A stretch of DNA of 64,000 nt from an uncultured Bacteroidales bacterium. Its GTDB lineage: Bacteria; Bacteroidota; Bacteroidia; Bacteroidales; GCA-2748055. The DNA lies in contig CAVTBM010000001.1 of NCBI GenBank assembly GCA_963732905.1, forward strand, positions 712,649-776,648, read 5' to 3'. The notes beneath the pieces were generated by a model. It was not told where the DNA came from, did no database searches, and saw only the letters and a program-made list of their open reading frames with translations. This document shows positions 1 through 9,287 of this stretch, in pieces. Position numbers and translations under genes: made by a program. Within the stretch, counting starts at the first letter, position 1; the number at the start of each line of letters is the position of its first letter.

Positions 1-745
1 TAAGTCCGTCTACTGTAACCAAATTCATAATTCATTTTCACCACAGATTACACAGATTATCACAGATTAAGGATCCGGTTTTTTCATAGAGGTGAAGCAT
101 CACGTCGCAACGTTTTTATTTTTTTTCTCCCTAAATCCCTAAATCCCTAAATCCCTAACTTTTACCTTTCGCCTTTTCTTCCCACTATTCTTTTCCCCGG
201 CATCTTCCTCCCCTCGCTCACCCCTTAATCCCTTTAAAGGGGAAACCCAGCCCGCCATAGCATTTACTAAGTCCGTCTACTGTAACCAAATTCATAATTC
301 ATTTTCACCACAGATTACACAGATTATCACAGATTAAGGATCCGGTTTTTTCATAGAGGTGAAGCATCACGTCGCAACGTTTTTATTTTTTTCTCCCTAA
401 ATCCCTAAATCCCTAACTTTTACCTTTCGCCTTTTCTTCCCACTATTCTTTTCCCCGGCATCTTCCTCCCCTCGCTCACCCCTTAATCCCCTTAAAGGGG
501 AAACCCAGCCCGCCATAGCATTTACTAAGTCCGTCTACTGTAACCAAATTCATAATTCATTTTCACCACAGATTACACAGATTATCACAGATTAAGTATC
601 CTGTTTTTTCATAGACGTAAAGCATCAATTGCAACGTTTTAATTTTTTTCTCCCTAACTCCCTAAATTCCTAACTTCCTAACTTCCTAACTCCCTAAATT
701 CCTAACTCCCTAACTTTTACCTTTCGCCTTTCGCCTTTAATCCCC
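1..745. repeat. Tandem array of a ~260-bp composite non-coding repeat. Copies lie at 1-267, 268-525 and 526-~745, and the array runs off the left edge of the window.
   Basis: 'taagtccgtctactgtaaccaaattcataattcattttcaccacagatta' recurs at 1, 268 and 526. Copies 1 and 2 are near-identical; the 9-nt length difference corresponds to one CCCTAAAT unit and one T in a T-run, and there is also a small change in the cccTTTAAAggg palindrome. Copy 3 is diverged in its microsatellite half. Each unit holds CACAGATTA x3, CCCTAAAT x2-3 and a cccTTTAAAggg palindrome (230-241). Confidence 0.9.
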
Positions 746-746
746 C

Positions 747-2801
747 TCATTCCCCCGAAAACCTTCGGATCTCAAGATCATCAAAAAATACCGTATCCGG
801 CGAGGGATTGTATAAATAGATTTTGACGAGATTGTCCTGTAATGATCCGGGAATGAAGAGGTTTTTTTCCATTTTTCGCCAGCCGTCAGATCCTTTGTCT
901 ACAAATTTATATTCGCTGTTGTAAAATGGTTCGGCAGCCGTTTTGCCTGAAATAACAATCGTGCCGTCATCTTCATTCCTGGCATTTTTCCATACACTGA
1001 TCACGAACTGATCACCCTGTTTAACGCTGTCGATTTCTACAGTCATGCCATAGGGATGGTCTTGTTCCAGGGCGATGGAGTATTTCCCGGTGTGTGCCAT
1101 ATGATCGGTTCTGTACTCACCGTAATCAAAACAGGTGCTGTCGGGAGGATTGATAAATTGTCTTCCATCCGGGGTAAGATGTTCGGCGCCACAGAATAAA
1201 TGAGTAACCATTTTTCTTTCGGGAAGGGTGAAATTTGCTGAGGTATCTTTCAGATCGAAGATGAGCACCTTTCCATACCTGCCTTTAAGATGAACAGCAA
1301 ATTCGTCGAGGTAGGGCATGAGGAAAAGATTTTCAAGGCCGTTCACTATAAGATAATGCGCGCCATGAGAAATTGACGTCCTGATTCCGGCCCTGTCACG
1401 GTTATAGTAAACCCTGTCGCCCTTGCCAAACCTCGTGTCGATATACTGGGTCCAGCCTTTGACATTCATCAGGTAAAGGCTGACATGATTACTTGCGGGT
1501 ACAAAGATGACGGTGTCCTTATAACTTATGCCGATCTGCCTGAGATAGGGAGTGACGGAATAGAGATCCCTCATGTTCAGATAGTTCTCATTAGCCTTCC
1601 CTGTATACCTTTCCGCAACGGTTTTTTGAGCATACCAGATGTTAAACAGTAGAAAAACCGCAAAGAGTGACTTTACAATCACAGACCTGAAATACCGTGG
1701 ATAATTCGTTTTGATGATGTCGAAGGTGGTCAGAACTAAAAAAACAGGAAGAATATAAAGATTGATGGTATAGTAGTCATGGTCCCTGAAAAACCAGAAA
1801 AACATCATCACAAAAACAAGGATTCCGGCCAGGAGAAACAGGTTGGTCAGGATAAAAAACCTGGAGCTTTTGCGGATATGCAACAATATGAAGATGATGG
1901 TACCACCAAAAAAGAGTAATGCTATTGGATGAAAATAATCGGTGAGCCATATATGCCTGATATTGTATACGACTTTGTGAAGTTCTTCCATGCTGAAAGT
2001 CCAGAACGGAAAAGCCTTTTGGACAAAATACGTACTGTCGTTAACACGGTTGTACCAGTTAGAAAAAACGATCCAGCTGCCGACAAGCAGCGCCAGAATC
2101 GAGGCTGACAGGATGAATTTCCCGGGAGATTTGAAAATTTTTTCTGCGTTTTTGAATTTCAAGCCAAAAATCCATTCCATGATAAATATACCGCCAATAG
2201 CCACCAGGCTTAGCAAAGCTGTGATTTTCAGCCACCCGGCCAGGAGGAAAAACAGCATAAAGATCCATAGATACCGGTCTTTCCCCTCATCCCTGTATCT
2301 GAAAAAATAATACCATCCGATGAATACAAATGCCAGTGCAGGTGCGTTGGGAAGATAGTTGTTCCCGTAGTACATGATGACCGGCGAAGTAAAAATCAAT
2401 AATGGCAGCGCCGTTGCCCAAAAGACGTCCTTAAATAAATAAAAGGCCGATTTGTACAGGAAAAACAATCCAGTAAGAAAGATCAGTGTGAAAACCAGGC
2501 GGAAGATAAAATCGTGGTAGCCGAAAATATGATAGAGCACAGCGATAAAATAATACATGTAGGTATTCTCTCCCGGGGCAGTTTTACCGCTGGTACCGCC
2601 ATTTGTGGTGAGATTGTTCACTTCCGGCTGAAAGAAATGCATGCCGTCCTGGTAATAATTCAGGGCGAAGGAGGCATCATCGGCCTGACGCCAGGCATGG
2701 ATGGATTGAGGGCGTTCATCTAACATACGGGGATAGCCGTAATAACAGGAAACCGCCAGGACAATGCTTACAAAAAGTACTGTCGAATATTTACGTAACA
2801 T
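747..2801 (-). CDS. Large polytopic membrane protein, GT-C/PMT_2-like glycosyltransferase fold. It has a soluble C-terminal beta-sandwich (carbohydrate-binding-like) domain.
   Basis: 684-aa ORF. The N-terminal ~400 aa contain more than 10 hydrophobic helices rich in aromatic residues, as in ArnT/PMT-type enzymes. The C-terminal ~280 aa are soluble. Family assignment is by resemblance only. Confidence 0.55.
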   Translation of the reverse strand: MLRKYSTVLFVSIVLAVSCYYGYPRMLDERPQSIHAWRQADDASFALNYYQDGMHFFQPEVNNLTTNGGTSGKTAPGENTYMYYFIAVLYHIFGYHDFIFRLVFTLIFLTGLFFLYKSAFYLFKDVFWATALPLLIFTSPVIMYYGNNYLPNAPALAFVFIGWYYFFRYRDEGKDRYLWIFMLFFLLAGWLKITALLSLVAIGGIFIMEWIFGLKFKNAEKIFKSPGKFILSASILALLVGSWIVFSNWYNRVNDSTYFVQKAFPFWTFSMEELHKVVYNIRHIWLTDYFHPIALLFFGGTIIFILLHIRKSSRFFILTNLFLLAGILVFVMMFFWFFRDHDYYTINLYILPVFLVLTTFDIIKTNYPRYFRSVIVKSLFAVFLLFNIWYAQKTVAERYTGKANENYLNMRDLYSVTPYLRQIGISYKDTVIFVPASNHVSLYLMNVKGWTQYIDTRFGKGDRVYYNRDRAGIRTSISHGAHYLIVNGLENLFLMPYLDEFAVHLKGRYGKVLIFDLKDTSANFTLPERKMVTHLFCGAEHLTPDGRQFINPPDSTCFDYGEYRTDHMAHTGKYSIALEQDHPYGMTVEIDSVKQGDQFVISVWKNARNEDDGTIVISGKTAAEPFYNSEYKFVDKGSDGWRKMEKNLFIPGSLQDNLVKIYLYNPSPDTVFFDDLEIRRFSGE

Positions 2802-2910
2802 GTGCAGGTCTTGAATTTTGTCTAAAAGTAATACAAATTTCAGGGAAGCTGCTCATCAATTTAATTTCCACCAGGAAAACACGAAAGGTATCTTTATGGG
2901 GGCAGAATTC

Positions 2911-3070
2911 TTTTCACCACAGATTACACAGATTACACAGATTAGCACAGATTAGTACAGATTAGGAATTACAAACAACTAAACAACTAAACAACTAAAC
3001 ATTTAAACACTAACCATCCTCAACCTTCCACCTTCCACCTTCCACCTAAACAACTCAACATTCCAACCTC
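2911..3070. repeat. Microsatellite module related to the 1-745 repeat: (CACAGATTA-like) x5, (AACAACTA) x3, (CCACCTT) x3.
   Basis: It shares the core TTTTCACCACAGATTACACAGATTA with each unit of the 1-745 array, in the same orientation, followed by different short tandem oligomers. Confidence 0.85.
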
Positions 3071-3081
3071 ACTCCGCTCCT

Positions 3082-3714
3082 TTACTTCTCTCTTTTTTTC
3101 TCGTGATCCATTTTCAACTTCATCAGCCGGATATCATCGTCCATTGCCTTTGCAAATTCATCAACCAAACCTCTTTTCTTATCCGCCTGATTATAATCTT
3201 TGGATTTTGCAAAATCATAATTTTTAAATGCACTCAGGATGCTTTTCTGCCGGCGGAGAATTTCCTTATGGCCGGTGAGAGCCATGAAATCCCCCTTCAT
3301 ATCCCTCTGACGTAATTTTCTTGCCTTTCTTTCCGAACGGCTGTCAACCGGGGGATGATCGACCCTTGGATTATCGCCTATATCTTCCTCTTCAACTGAA
3401 TTTCCCATTTCAGATAGCCGGAAGTCCTTTTTATACTGTTTTCTGGATTTCCTGCCCTGGGCGATCTCCCGTTTCATGTCGCTTACAATGTCCGATTTGG
3501 TTTTCTGTAAACTTTCGTAGTCGTGTTTTTCGAAAGCATCGTTAAAATGACCTGCTTTCGTCCTGAACGCTTCAAGTTCACGGGTATCTCTTCTGAGCCT
3601 CGCCTCGTCTTCGTTTGGGACGGGACGATTATGTACTTTGAATGTCTCCTGTGCAGACAGGTGGCTTAGTGCTACGAAACAGAACAATGGAATGAACAGA
3701 TATCTTGTTTTCAT
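3082..3714 (-). CDS. Secreted, highly charged (K/R/E/D-rich) protein of unknown function.
   Basis: 210-aa ORF with an N-terminal signal peptide (MKTRYLFIPLFCFVALSHLSAQ). The rest is predicted helical and charged. No recognisable family. Confidence 0.6.
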   Translation of the reverse strand: MKTRYLFIPLFCFVALSHLSAQETFKVHNRPVPNEDEARLRRDTRELEAFRTKAGHFNDAFEKHDYESLQKTKSDIVSDMKREIAQGRKSRKQYKKDFRLSEMGNSVEEEDIGDNPRVDHPPVDSRSERKARKLRQRDMKGDFMALTGHKEILRRQKSILSAFKNYDFAKSKDYNQADKKRGLVDEFAKAMDDDIRLMKLKMDHEKKREK

Positions 3715-3875
3715 CAGCTTTTGTTTTTTGGACAGGAACCTTTTTTTCCGGTGGCTCCTGTATTCATTTTATCAGGTTTATACTTCTGAAGATAAGTACA
3801 AACCTAGGTGCTGAATAGTTTAATATCTATCCGATTTTTGAGGAGATATACGGTATCCGTATTTGTGAAGGTCAA

Positions 3876-5342
3876 TCATTTGACCGGCTGCCCGGGGTCT
3901 GGAAAATCAGCCGTAGCTTTGTCAAGGACGAGAACCCAGTCGTTTCCCCGTTTTGTTTCCCCGGGAGGGTCAAACTCCATGACTTTGCCGTCAGTATTCG
4001 ATACTCCGATCATTGTTGCTTCACCGTTTTTAGGATTATACCACCAGGCCCTGATCTTTTTCATCTCCAGACCCAATTGGGAAGATTCAATATAAACGGG
4101 TTTGCCGGTGGGGATATATACCATGGCATATCCTTTTCCCGAACAGGCAACCAGCCGGCCGGTCGGATCATAAGGATTTTCAGCAAGAATATCCAGGTTT
4201 GGCTTCCTGCTCCGGAATGGTCTGGAAAGGATGAGATTTTTGAGATTTTTCATTTCAAAGGCACCGGGTTCATCCATCGCATCCTTCCACTCTATGGTGT
4301 TAAGTTTTGTCAGGGGCAGGCTTGGATTTTTCTTTTTGTACATCTGCCATATAAGTCCGCAACCGTAGGTATGTCCGCAGGTACCTGAGAATACTGACCA
4401 GTAGGCTACCTGTCGCACGTCAAAATCATCAAACCAGCCATATGCGGCATTTTCTGCGTCGTAGTTAACGGGCGACAATTCATATGCAGGTTCACTGTTA
4501 AGCGTTGGTTTATGATCTGGTCTGATCCAGTCGCAATACGCCATATCGTACGCCCTCTCATTGTCATGTTTTTCATGATAGGACCCCCATGTGTACATAT
4601 CGATCCAGGGATCTTTGCTGAACCAGTTGGCTGCCGAGGCATAGCAGTGATAAGTCATGAAGGTTTTGGTATAATCGGCCTTACCGTCAAATTTGTTAAT
4701 ACCGTTTACCCCGTCAGTGATGCCTTCAGCCATGGCACGCCAGATCTCTATCCCATCCACACTCTCATTTGGCAGCCGGTCACCGCCAAGGATCCATACA
4801 ATATCATCGTTAAGATCCCGGAAACGGTTACCTACGAAGTGTCCGTATGCATAACCCTGGCCGGGTGATTTAATCGTCCGGTCCCGGAAACGGGGGGTTA
4901 CATATTCACCCCAGCAGGGAAGAATGCCCATGATCAGTCCATCCTCCTTAGCTTTCCGAATGATATACTCAACATGGTCCCAGTAGTCGTATTCTTCAGG
5001 ATTATCGGGATTATTCCCGGGAGTGGTGTCAGGTTTCATAATATTTTTACCTATGAGCGGCCAGTCACCGTAATCATTTGGCGTTTCGAAAGCCTCCTGT
5101 TCATAAAGGATGGCAGCCTGTATCATATTAAAACCCTTGTCGGCCCTGTTCTTAAGGTATAAATCGGCCTCATCGCGGTTGAGGCGGTGAAATAATTCCC
5201 AGCCCGTATCGCCAAGCCAGAAAAAATCCTTTCCGTCTTTGGTTTTCAGATATCTTTCATTCTTCGTTACCCTGAGCGGTTGTGAATAGGCTACAACGGA
5301 TGTGATGACAAACAGGACTGAGAACAACACTGACTTTTTCAT
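3876..5342 (-). CDS. Glycoside hydrolase family 140-like protein (DUF4038 catalytic domain plus C-terminal putative collagen-binding-type beta domain), secreted.
   Basis: The motifs DGKDFFWLGDTGWELF...GFNMIQAAIL, and C-terminally GKGYAMVYIPTG...AWWYNPKNGE, are typical of DUF4038/GH140 proteins. I chose the start at MKKSVLFSVLF (signal peptide) at 5342 rather than the ORF-track 5501. A CAAAnnTA box lies 46 nt upstream of 5342. Confidence 0.75.
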   Translation of the reverse strand: MKKSVLFSVLFVITSVVAYSQPLRVTKNERYLKTKDGKDFFWLGDTGWELFHRLNRDEADLYLKNRADKGFNMIQAAILYEQEAFETPNDYGDWPLIGKNIMKPDTTPGNNPDNPEEYDYWDHVEYIIRKAKEDGLIMGILPCWGEYVTPRFRDRTIKSPGQGYAYGHFVGNRFRDLNDDIVWILGGDRLPNESVDGIEIWRAMAEGITDGVNGINKFDGKADYTKTFMTYHCYASAANWFSKDPWIDMYTWGSYHEKHDNERAYDMAYCDWIRPDHKPTLNSEPAYELSPVNYDAENAAYGWFDDFDVRQVAYWSVFSGTCGHTYGCGLIWQMYKKKNPSLPLTKLNTIEWKDAMDEPGAFEMKNLKNLILSRPFRSRKPNLDILAENPYDPTGRLVACSGKGYAMVYIPTGKPVYIESSQLGLEMKKIRAWWYNPKNGEATMIGVSNTDGKVMEFDPPGETKRGNDWVLVLDKATADFPDPGQPVK

Positions 5343-5387
5343 AACTGGTTGAGGTTTTAAAAATGATGGCACCTGCGTCAGGCGCAG

Positions 5388-5395
5388 CAAATTTA
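5388..5395 (-). promoter_or_regulatory. Candidate Bacteroidota-type -7 box (TAnnTTTG on the minus strand) for the GH140-like gene.
   Basis: The plus strand reads CAAATTTA, the reverse complement of TAAATTTG, 46 nt upstream of the ATG at 5342. Confidence 0.35.
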
Positions 5396-5501
5396 TCATT
5401 TTGCCTCGGTTTTGCATTTTTATAGGACACAAAAATTTCAGGATCCCTGTCCTGCGAATACCCCTGTCAAACCTGATCTCTTTAAACCTCCTGCTTTCCA
5501 C

Positions 5502-6335
5502 TCAGGATAAGGGTTCATCGGCAGCCTGTCTGAAATGACGGATAAAGAGTACGAACAGAATGACGGCAACCAGTGCAAGAACGCCAAAACCATACATAAG
5601 GGTTGTATCGGTATTAAAGCCCAGCTTCTGCATGGTTATTACCATTGAGGCGATAGCCAGTGCCATGAGGAAGGCAAAGATCAGTAAGGCCGGAGCGAGA
5701 AGGAAGCCCGCATTTTCCCGGCGAAGTAGTGTAATGCCTGCAAATATGCAGGCAGGCAGAGCTAATGCAAGATCCAGGACATGAACCGGATTCACCATCA
5801 GTCCGGCTTCCACAATACTTGTCGGTACAGTATGGTTAAGTATTGCGGGGATAATTTCCCTAAGCCATACAAAATAGAAAACTACGGCAATAAAGAATAA
5901 ATAGATTGCGGTTATACCCACCGGTGTCCCACGATCGAACTTTTCAGGCAGGGAAAGGCTGCCGGCCCTGACCATAATGAAAATAATGGCATAAACCGAA
6001 AGACCCATGCTGGCACTATAGAGCAGGAAGAAAGAATTGAAATGCATGCCAAAGCTGTAAATGATAAAGGTATATGCCGAATAGATCAGCGAGCCCAGCA
6101 ATACAAATACCGCCCTGCCTGAACCTGAAAATACCAGGATGGATGAGATCAGCAGGACAGGGGCAAGGATGAAAAGGTCAACCACATCCTGGCCTATGCC
6201 CTGGGCTGCATAGATTTCATTTTCCGACTGGTAGGGGGCACCGGAGAAAATACCGGCAGCAGATACAATGGCTACAAGGACCACAAGAGGAAAGATCAGA
6301 AAATAGAGGTTTCTGTTTCGGGTGAGAGTTTTCAT
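5502..6335 (-). CDS. Polytopic inner-membrane protein (~8 TM), unknown function.
   Basis: 277-aa ORF that is almost entirely hydrophobic helices. It abuts the upstream end of the GH140-like ORF frame (ORF-track end 5501); the gap to my preferred GH140 start at 5342 is 159 nt. Confidence 0.6.
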   Translation of the reverse strand: MKTLTRNRNLYFLIFPLVVLVAIVSAAGIFSGAPYQSENEIYAAQGIGQDVVDLFILAPVLLISSILVFSGSGRAVFVLLGSLIYSAYTFIIYSFGMHFNSFFLLYSASMGLSVYAIIFIMVRAGSLSLPEKFDRGTPVGITAIYLFFIAVVFYFVWLREIIPAILNHTVPTSIVEAGLMVNPVHVLDLALALPACIFAGITLLRRENAGFLLAPALLIFAFLMALAIASMVITMQKLGFNTDTTLMYGFGVLALVAVILFVLFIRHFRQAADEPLS

Positions 6336-6368
6336 AACTGGATAGTATTGATTAAGATTTAATTGTCT

Positions 6369-7733
6369 TTATTTTCCTGACTTTCCGGTAAATTGCATCA
6401 GGACGTCTCTGTTCCCAGCAGTGAAAGCCATGAATATCAGAAGCGGAATCAACGGCATGGCAAAGCGGGAAGCACCAAGCGGGCCGGTAGCAAAGGCAAG
6501 ATACAGAAGGAGCAGGTAGAGAAAAACTTTCAGCCTCCAGTCCACTTGCCTGTTGAATGCAAATAAAACCAGACCTGCCAGTTTTACAAGGTTCACTAAA
6601 AAAATGAATATTAGTAAAAGACTCAGTCCCCCCGTTCCGCCGGAAAACAGGAACCGCAAAGCCCCGCTGATCCCTCCGGTATTCAGGTAATAAAGAAAAC
6701 CATTCTTTCCGGTTTCTGAAGAATGAATAAAATTCACCAGGTCGAACCTTCCCGGATCAAGAAAAAAACGAAGCATCCCTTTAATATGAAACCAGCCATA
6801 TTCAAAAGGCTGTTCCATGATAACCTTTCTTGCACTCCCTGAAAGGAAGTCCATTCGTTTACTATAATTATTAATGGTACCTGATTTTTTATAGAAATTA
6901 TCTATGACTTCATCAGCTGTCGCTTTACCATCCTGGTTCATCAGGAAATAATAAATATTATAATTGATGAGGTTGGTGGTCTGGATGCTTGAGAAACTGA
7001 ATTTCCCGGTTTTTTCCAGGTTCCTGAAGCAATAGACAAAAACCAGTAAAATGGGTATCAGAGACATGAGTAAAGGCCGCATTGTTTTCTTCCTGAGAGA
7101 GATCCATGAGAAATAAAGAAGGTTGGGAAATACAAAAAGATACATAACAGGTTTGGTAAAGGCAGCGAAAAAAATTAAGAGGTTATAGATGAGGAGTAAA
7201 TTCAGCCGGCCTCGTTTCAGGTACAACACGAAATACCGGATTGCCAGAACCAGGATAAACTGGAAAAGGATTTCCGACATGATCAGTTGTGCATATATAA
7301 ACTGGGCTGGAGAAAAGATAAAAGCCAGGATGACCCAATGGTCCGTTTTCCTGAGATAGCCCCATTCCATTGCAGTTTTCCTCATCAACAGTATACTCAG
7401 GACTGACAGGATGTTTTGCAGAAGTATGATGAACAGATCAGAAGCGAAGAAAAGGTGAGAAAAACCGATAAACATGGGATACAATGGTGGTCGCCTGGTA
7501 TATTGGGAAGGATTGATATTTTCATCCAGTGAAGCGCAGTAAAAAATACCCCGGTTGGTTATATTTGAAGCTTCGGTAAGGTATTCAGCCGAATCTCTGA
7601 GGTACAGATTGTGGTTTTTAAGCTGTACCAGGAGGAAAAAGGTTTGAATGATGATGACTGAAAACAAAAAGAAGTGTCTTTTCATCTGTGGATTCTGTTT
7701 TTTTGGTTCAGATCCTGTTTGGAATGACTTCAC
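6369..7733 (-). CDS. GT-C/PMT_2-like membrane glycosyltransferase (ArnT-like).
   Basis: 454-aa polytopic ORF. An early loop motif (YTRRPPLYPMF) and the overall topology resemble dolichyl-/undecaprenyl-phosphate-sugar-dependent glycosyltransferases. An alternative start is MKRHFFLF at 7685. Confidence 0.55.
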   Translation of the reverse strand: MKSFQTGSEPKKQNPQMKRHFFLFSVIIIQTFFLLVQLKNHNLYLRDSAEYLTEASNITNRGIFYCASLDENINPSQYTRRPPLYPMFIGFSHLFFASDLFIILLQNILSVLSILLMRKTAMEWGYLRKTDHWVILAFIFSPAQFIYAQLIMSEILFQFILVLAIRYFVLYLKRGRLNLLLIYNLLIFFAAFTKPVMYLFVFPNLLYFSWISLRKKTMRPLLMSLIPILLVFVYCFRNLEKTGKFSFSSIQTTNLINYNIYYFLMNQDGKATADEVIDNFYKKSGTINNYSKRMDFLSGSARKVIMEQPFEYGWFHIKGMLRFFLDPGRFDLVNFIHSSETGKNGFLYYLNTGGISGALRFLFSGGTGGLSLLLIFIFLVNLVKLAGLVLFAFNRQVDWRLKVFLYLLLLYLAFATGPLGASRFAMPLIPLLIFMAFTAGNRDVLMQFTGKSGK

Positions 7734-7920
7734 CGTAGAAATTTACCGGTATTATTTTCTCATTCCAAACTCATGACTAAAATACAGAATTTGCCGGTTC
7801 CGGCAATTTGAAATAACCGTAAAACAAGTTTTTATAATAAGGCTGTTTTAGTAATCCGGAATGGTTGCATTCCGGTTAACAGATACAAAATCGGGTTATT
7901 CATCGTGGAATATGACAGGC

Positions 7921-8607
7921 TCAGTCTCTTACCGTTTGCAGCCTTCTGAAATAACCAGCCGATGTGACTGCTATAGTCATGACTGCACCGCCCACGCCGA
8001 CGTTTATCGCCAGAAAGGTGAGGATGTCAATTTGAAGGATATACCCCACACCTCCCAGCATACAGCTTATTCCGTTTACCAGGAAAGCGACACGAAGGAT
8101 TTTGTCCGACCCGTTGTGTCCGAATACCGGGAAAATAAAAAACGATGAGAGTCCCAGAAACAACGTCCATCCGGTCATGTCGATCGATGTCAGGACCGAT
8201 AACGGATTAGCTTGTACAAAATATTCAAGACCCGTGGTCTGACCGTGCAGTAGATTAAGTCTGACCGCACTGAGCTGAACAAAGTAATTCATACCCGACA
8301 ATACGGCGAATGCCTGGGCAAATAACAGGCTAAGCCTGATCAGTCCTTTTTTCTTTTCAGGGGTAAAATCATAAAAACTGTGAATAAGGATCACATATAC
8401 AGGTCCGAAAATAAGCATGAAAAACCTGGCCGTATTTTGCAGCGTCTGGCTGCCGGAATGGAAATATTGTACATAATCCTGAAGGTTTGTCCAGGTGAAC
8501 AATGGGGGTTTGAGCGCAATGAGAACAAAGCAGATGATCCACATTACAAAAGTCAGCAATGTCAGTAAAGCCGACCAGTATCCGGTTTTAGCAGAAATAT
8601 TATTCAT
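7921..8607 (-). CDS. Polytopic membrane protein (~6 TM), unknown function.
   Basis: 228-aa hydrophobic ORF. There is a weak local resemblance to the 5502-6335 protein (NPxxVL segment). Confidence 0.5.
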   Translation of the reverse strand: MNNISAKTGYWSALLTLLTFVMWIICFVLIALKPPLFTWTNLQDYVQYFHSGSQTLQNTARFFMLIFGPVYVILIHSFYDFTPEKKKGLIRLSLLFAQAFAVLSGMNYFVQLSAVRLNLLHGQTTGLEYFVQANPLSVLTSIDMTGWTLFLGLSSFFIFPVFGHNGSDKILRVAFLVNGISCMLGGVGYILQIDILTFLAINVGVGGAVMTIAVTSAGYFRRLQTVRD

Positions 8608-8654
8608 GTTGATGAAATTGAGATGTTAATAAATTGTGATGTTTGCTTTTGATG

Positions 8655-9173
8655 TCAGGATAGATATAAGCGAACATCCGGTTCATCTCTGTTGTCTTCC
8701 GGGGAGTACTGAAATATATTGATTTGGAGGGATTCCCTGATGGGGTATAAGGTCTTCATGACAAAAAGGCGAGTAGATATGACATTTTTAAAATGAAGCA
8801 AAGCATTTCGCTGATTCAGTGACTTATTAAACCAGAACGGCGTTTTCTCAAGGGCCGGAATTTTATAACGAAAACAGGATTTAGTGTTTGATTTTGCCGG
8901 TGTAAAGACCGTTTCTGTCCTGACTTTTTCCACGAACCTGTTGCTAAAAGGAAAATATGCAACAGCCGGAAAAGCAAGCATGACGCAGAATATATAACGA
9001 AATATTTTCGTGGTAATGCGCAAAGTCCGGCTTACATCGACATTCAGGCTCTCAGAAGGTTTAGTCCTGTTTCTCATTATTACCCTTTTAAAGGCGGGAA
9101 GAAGCACGCGGAAGCAAATCAAAAATCCTGCCATAACCATGATTTCACAACCGCTCCTTACAAAATGTTGCAA
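8655..9173 (-). CDS. Doubtful small basic protein with one TM segment.
   Basis: 172-aa ORF with several possible starts (for example MRNRTKPSE) and no family resemblance. It lies in a 1.5-kb divergent intergenic region. Confidence 0.25.
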   Translation of the reverse strand: MQHFVRSGCEIMVMAGFLICFRVLLPAFKRVIMRNRTKPSESLNVDVSRTLRITTKIFRYIFCVMLAFPAVAYFPFSNRFVEKVRTETVFTPAKSNTKSCFRYKIPALEKTPFWFNKSLNQRNALLHFKNVISTRLFVMKTLYPIRESLQINIFQYSPEDNRDEPDVRLYLS

Positions 9174-9287
9174 TAACCCCGGGCTCTTGTTTTACGATCA
9201 TTTTAACCAGATTCAAAAATCCCCGGTCTTTCCTTCTCACCTATTTTCACAGACACTCCACTTTTCAACTATTCGTTTACCAAACTT

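Noticed and set aside
130-160. CCCTAAA x3 is identical to the plant-type telomere repeat (TTTAGGG)n on the opposite strand.
   Set aside because: There are only 2-3 copies, embedded in a bacterial intergenic repeat beside other unrelated oligomer repeats. All flanking genes are bacterial. I treat it as a coincidental microsatellite, not contamination or a telomere.
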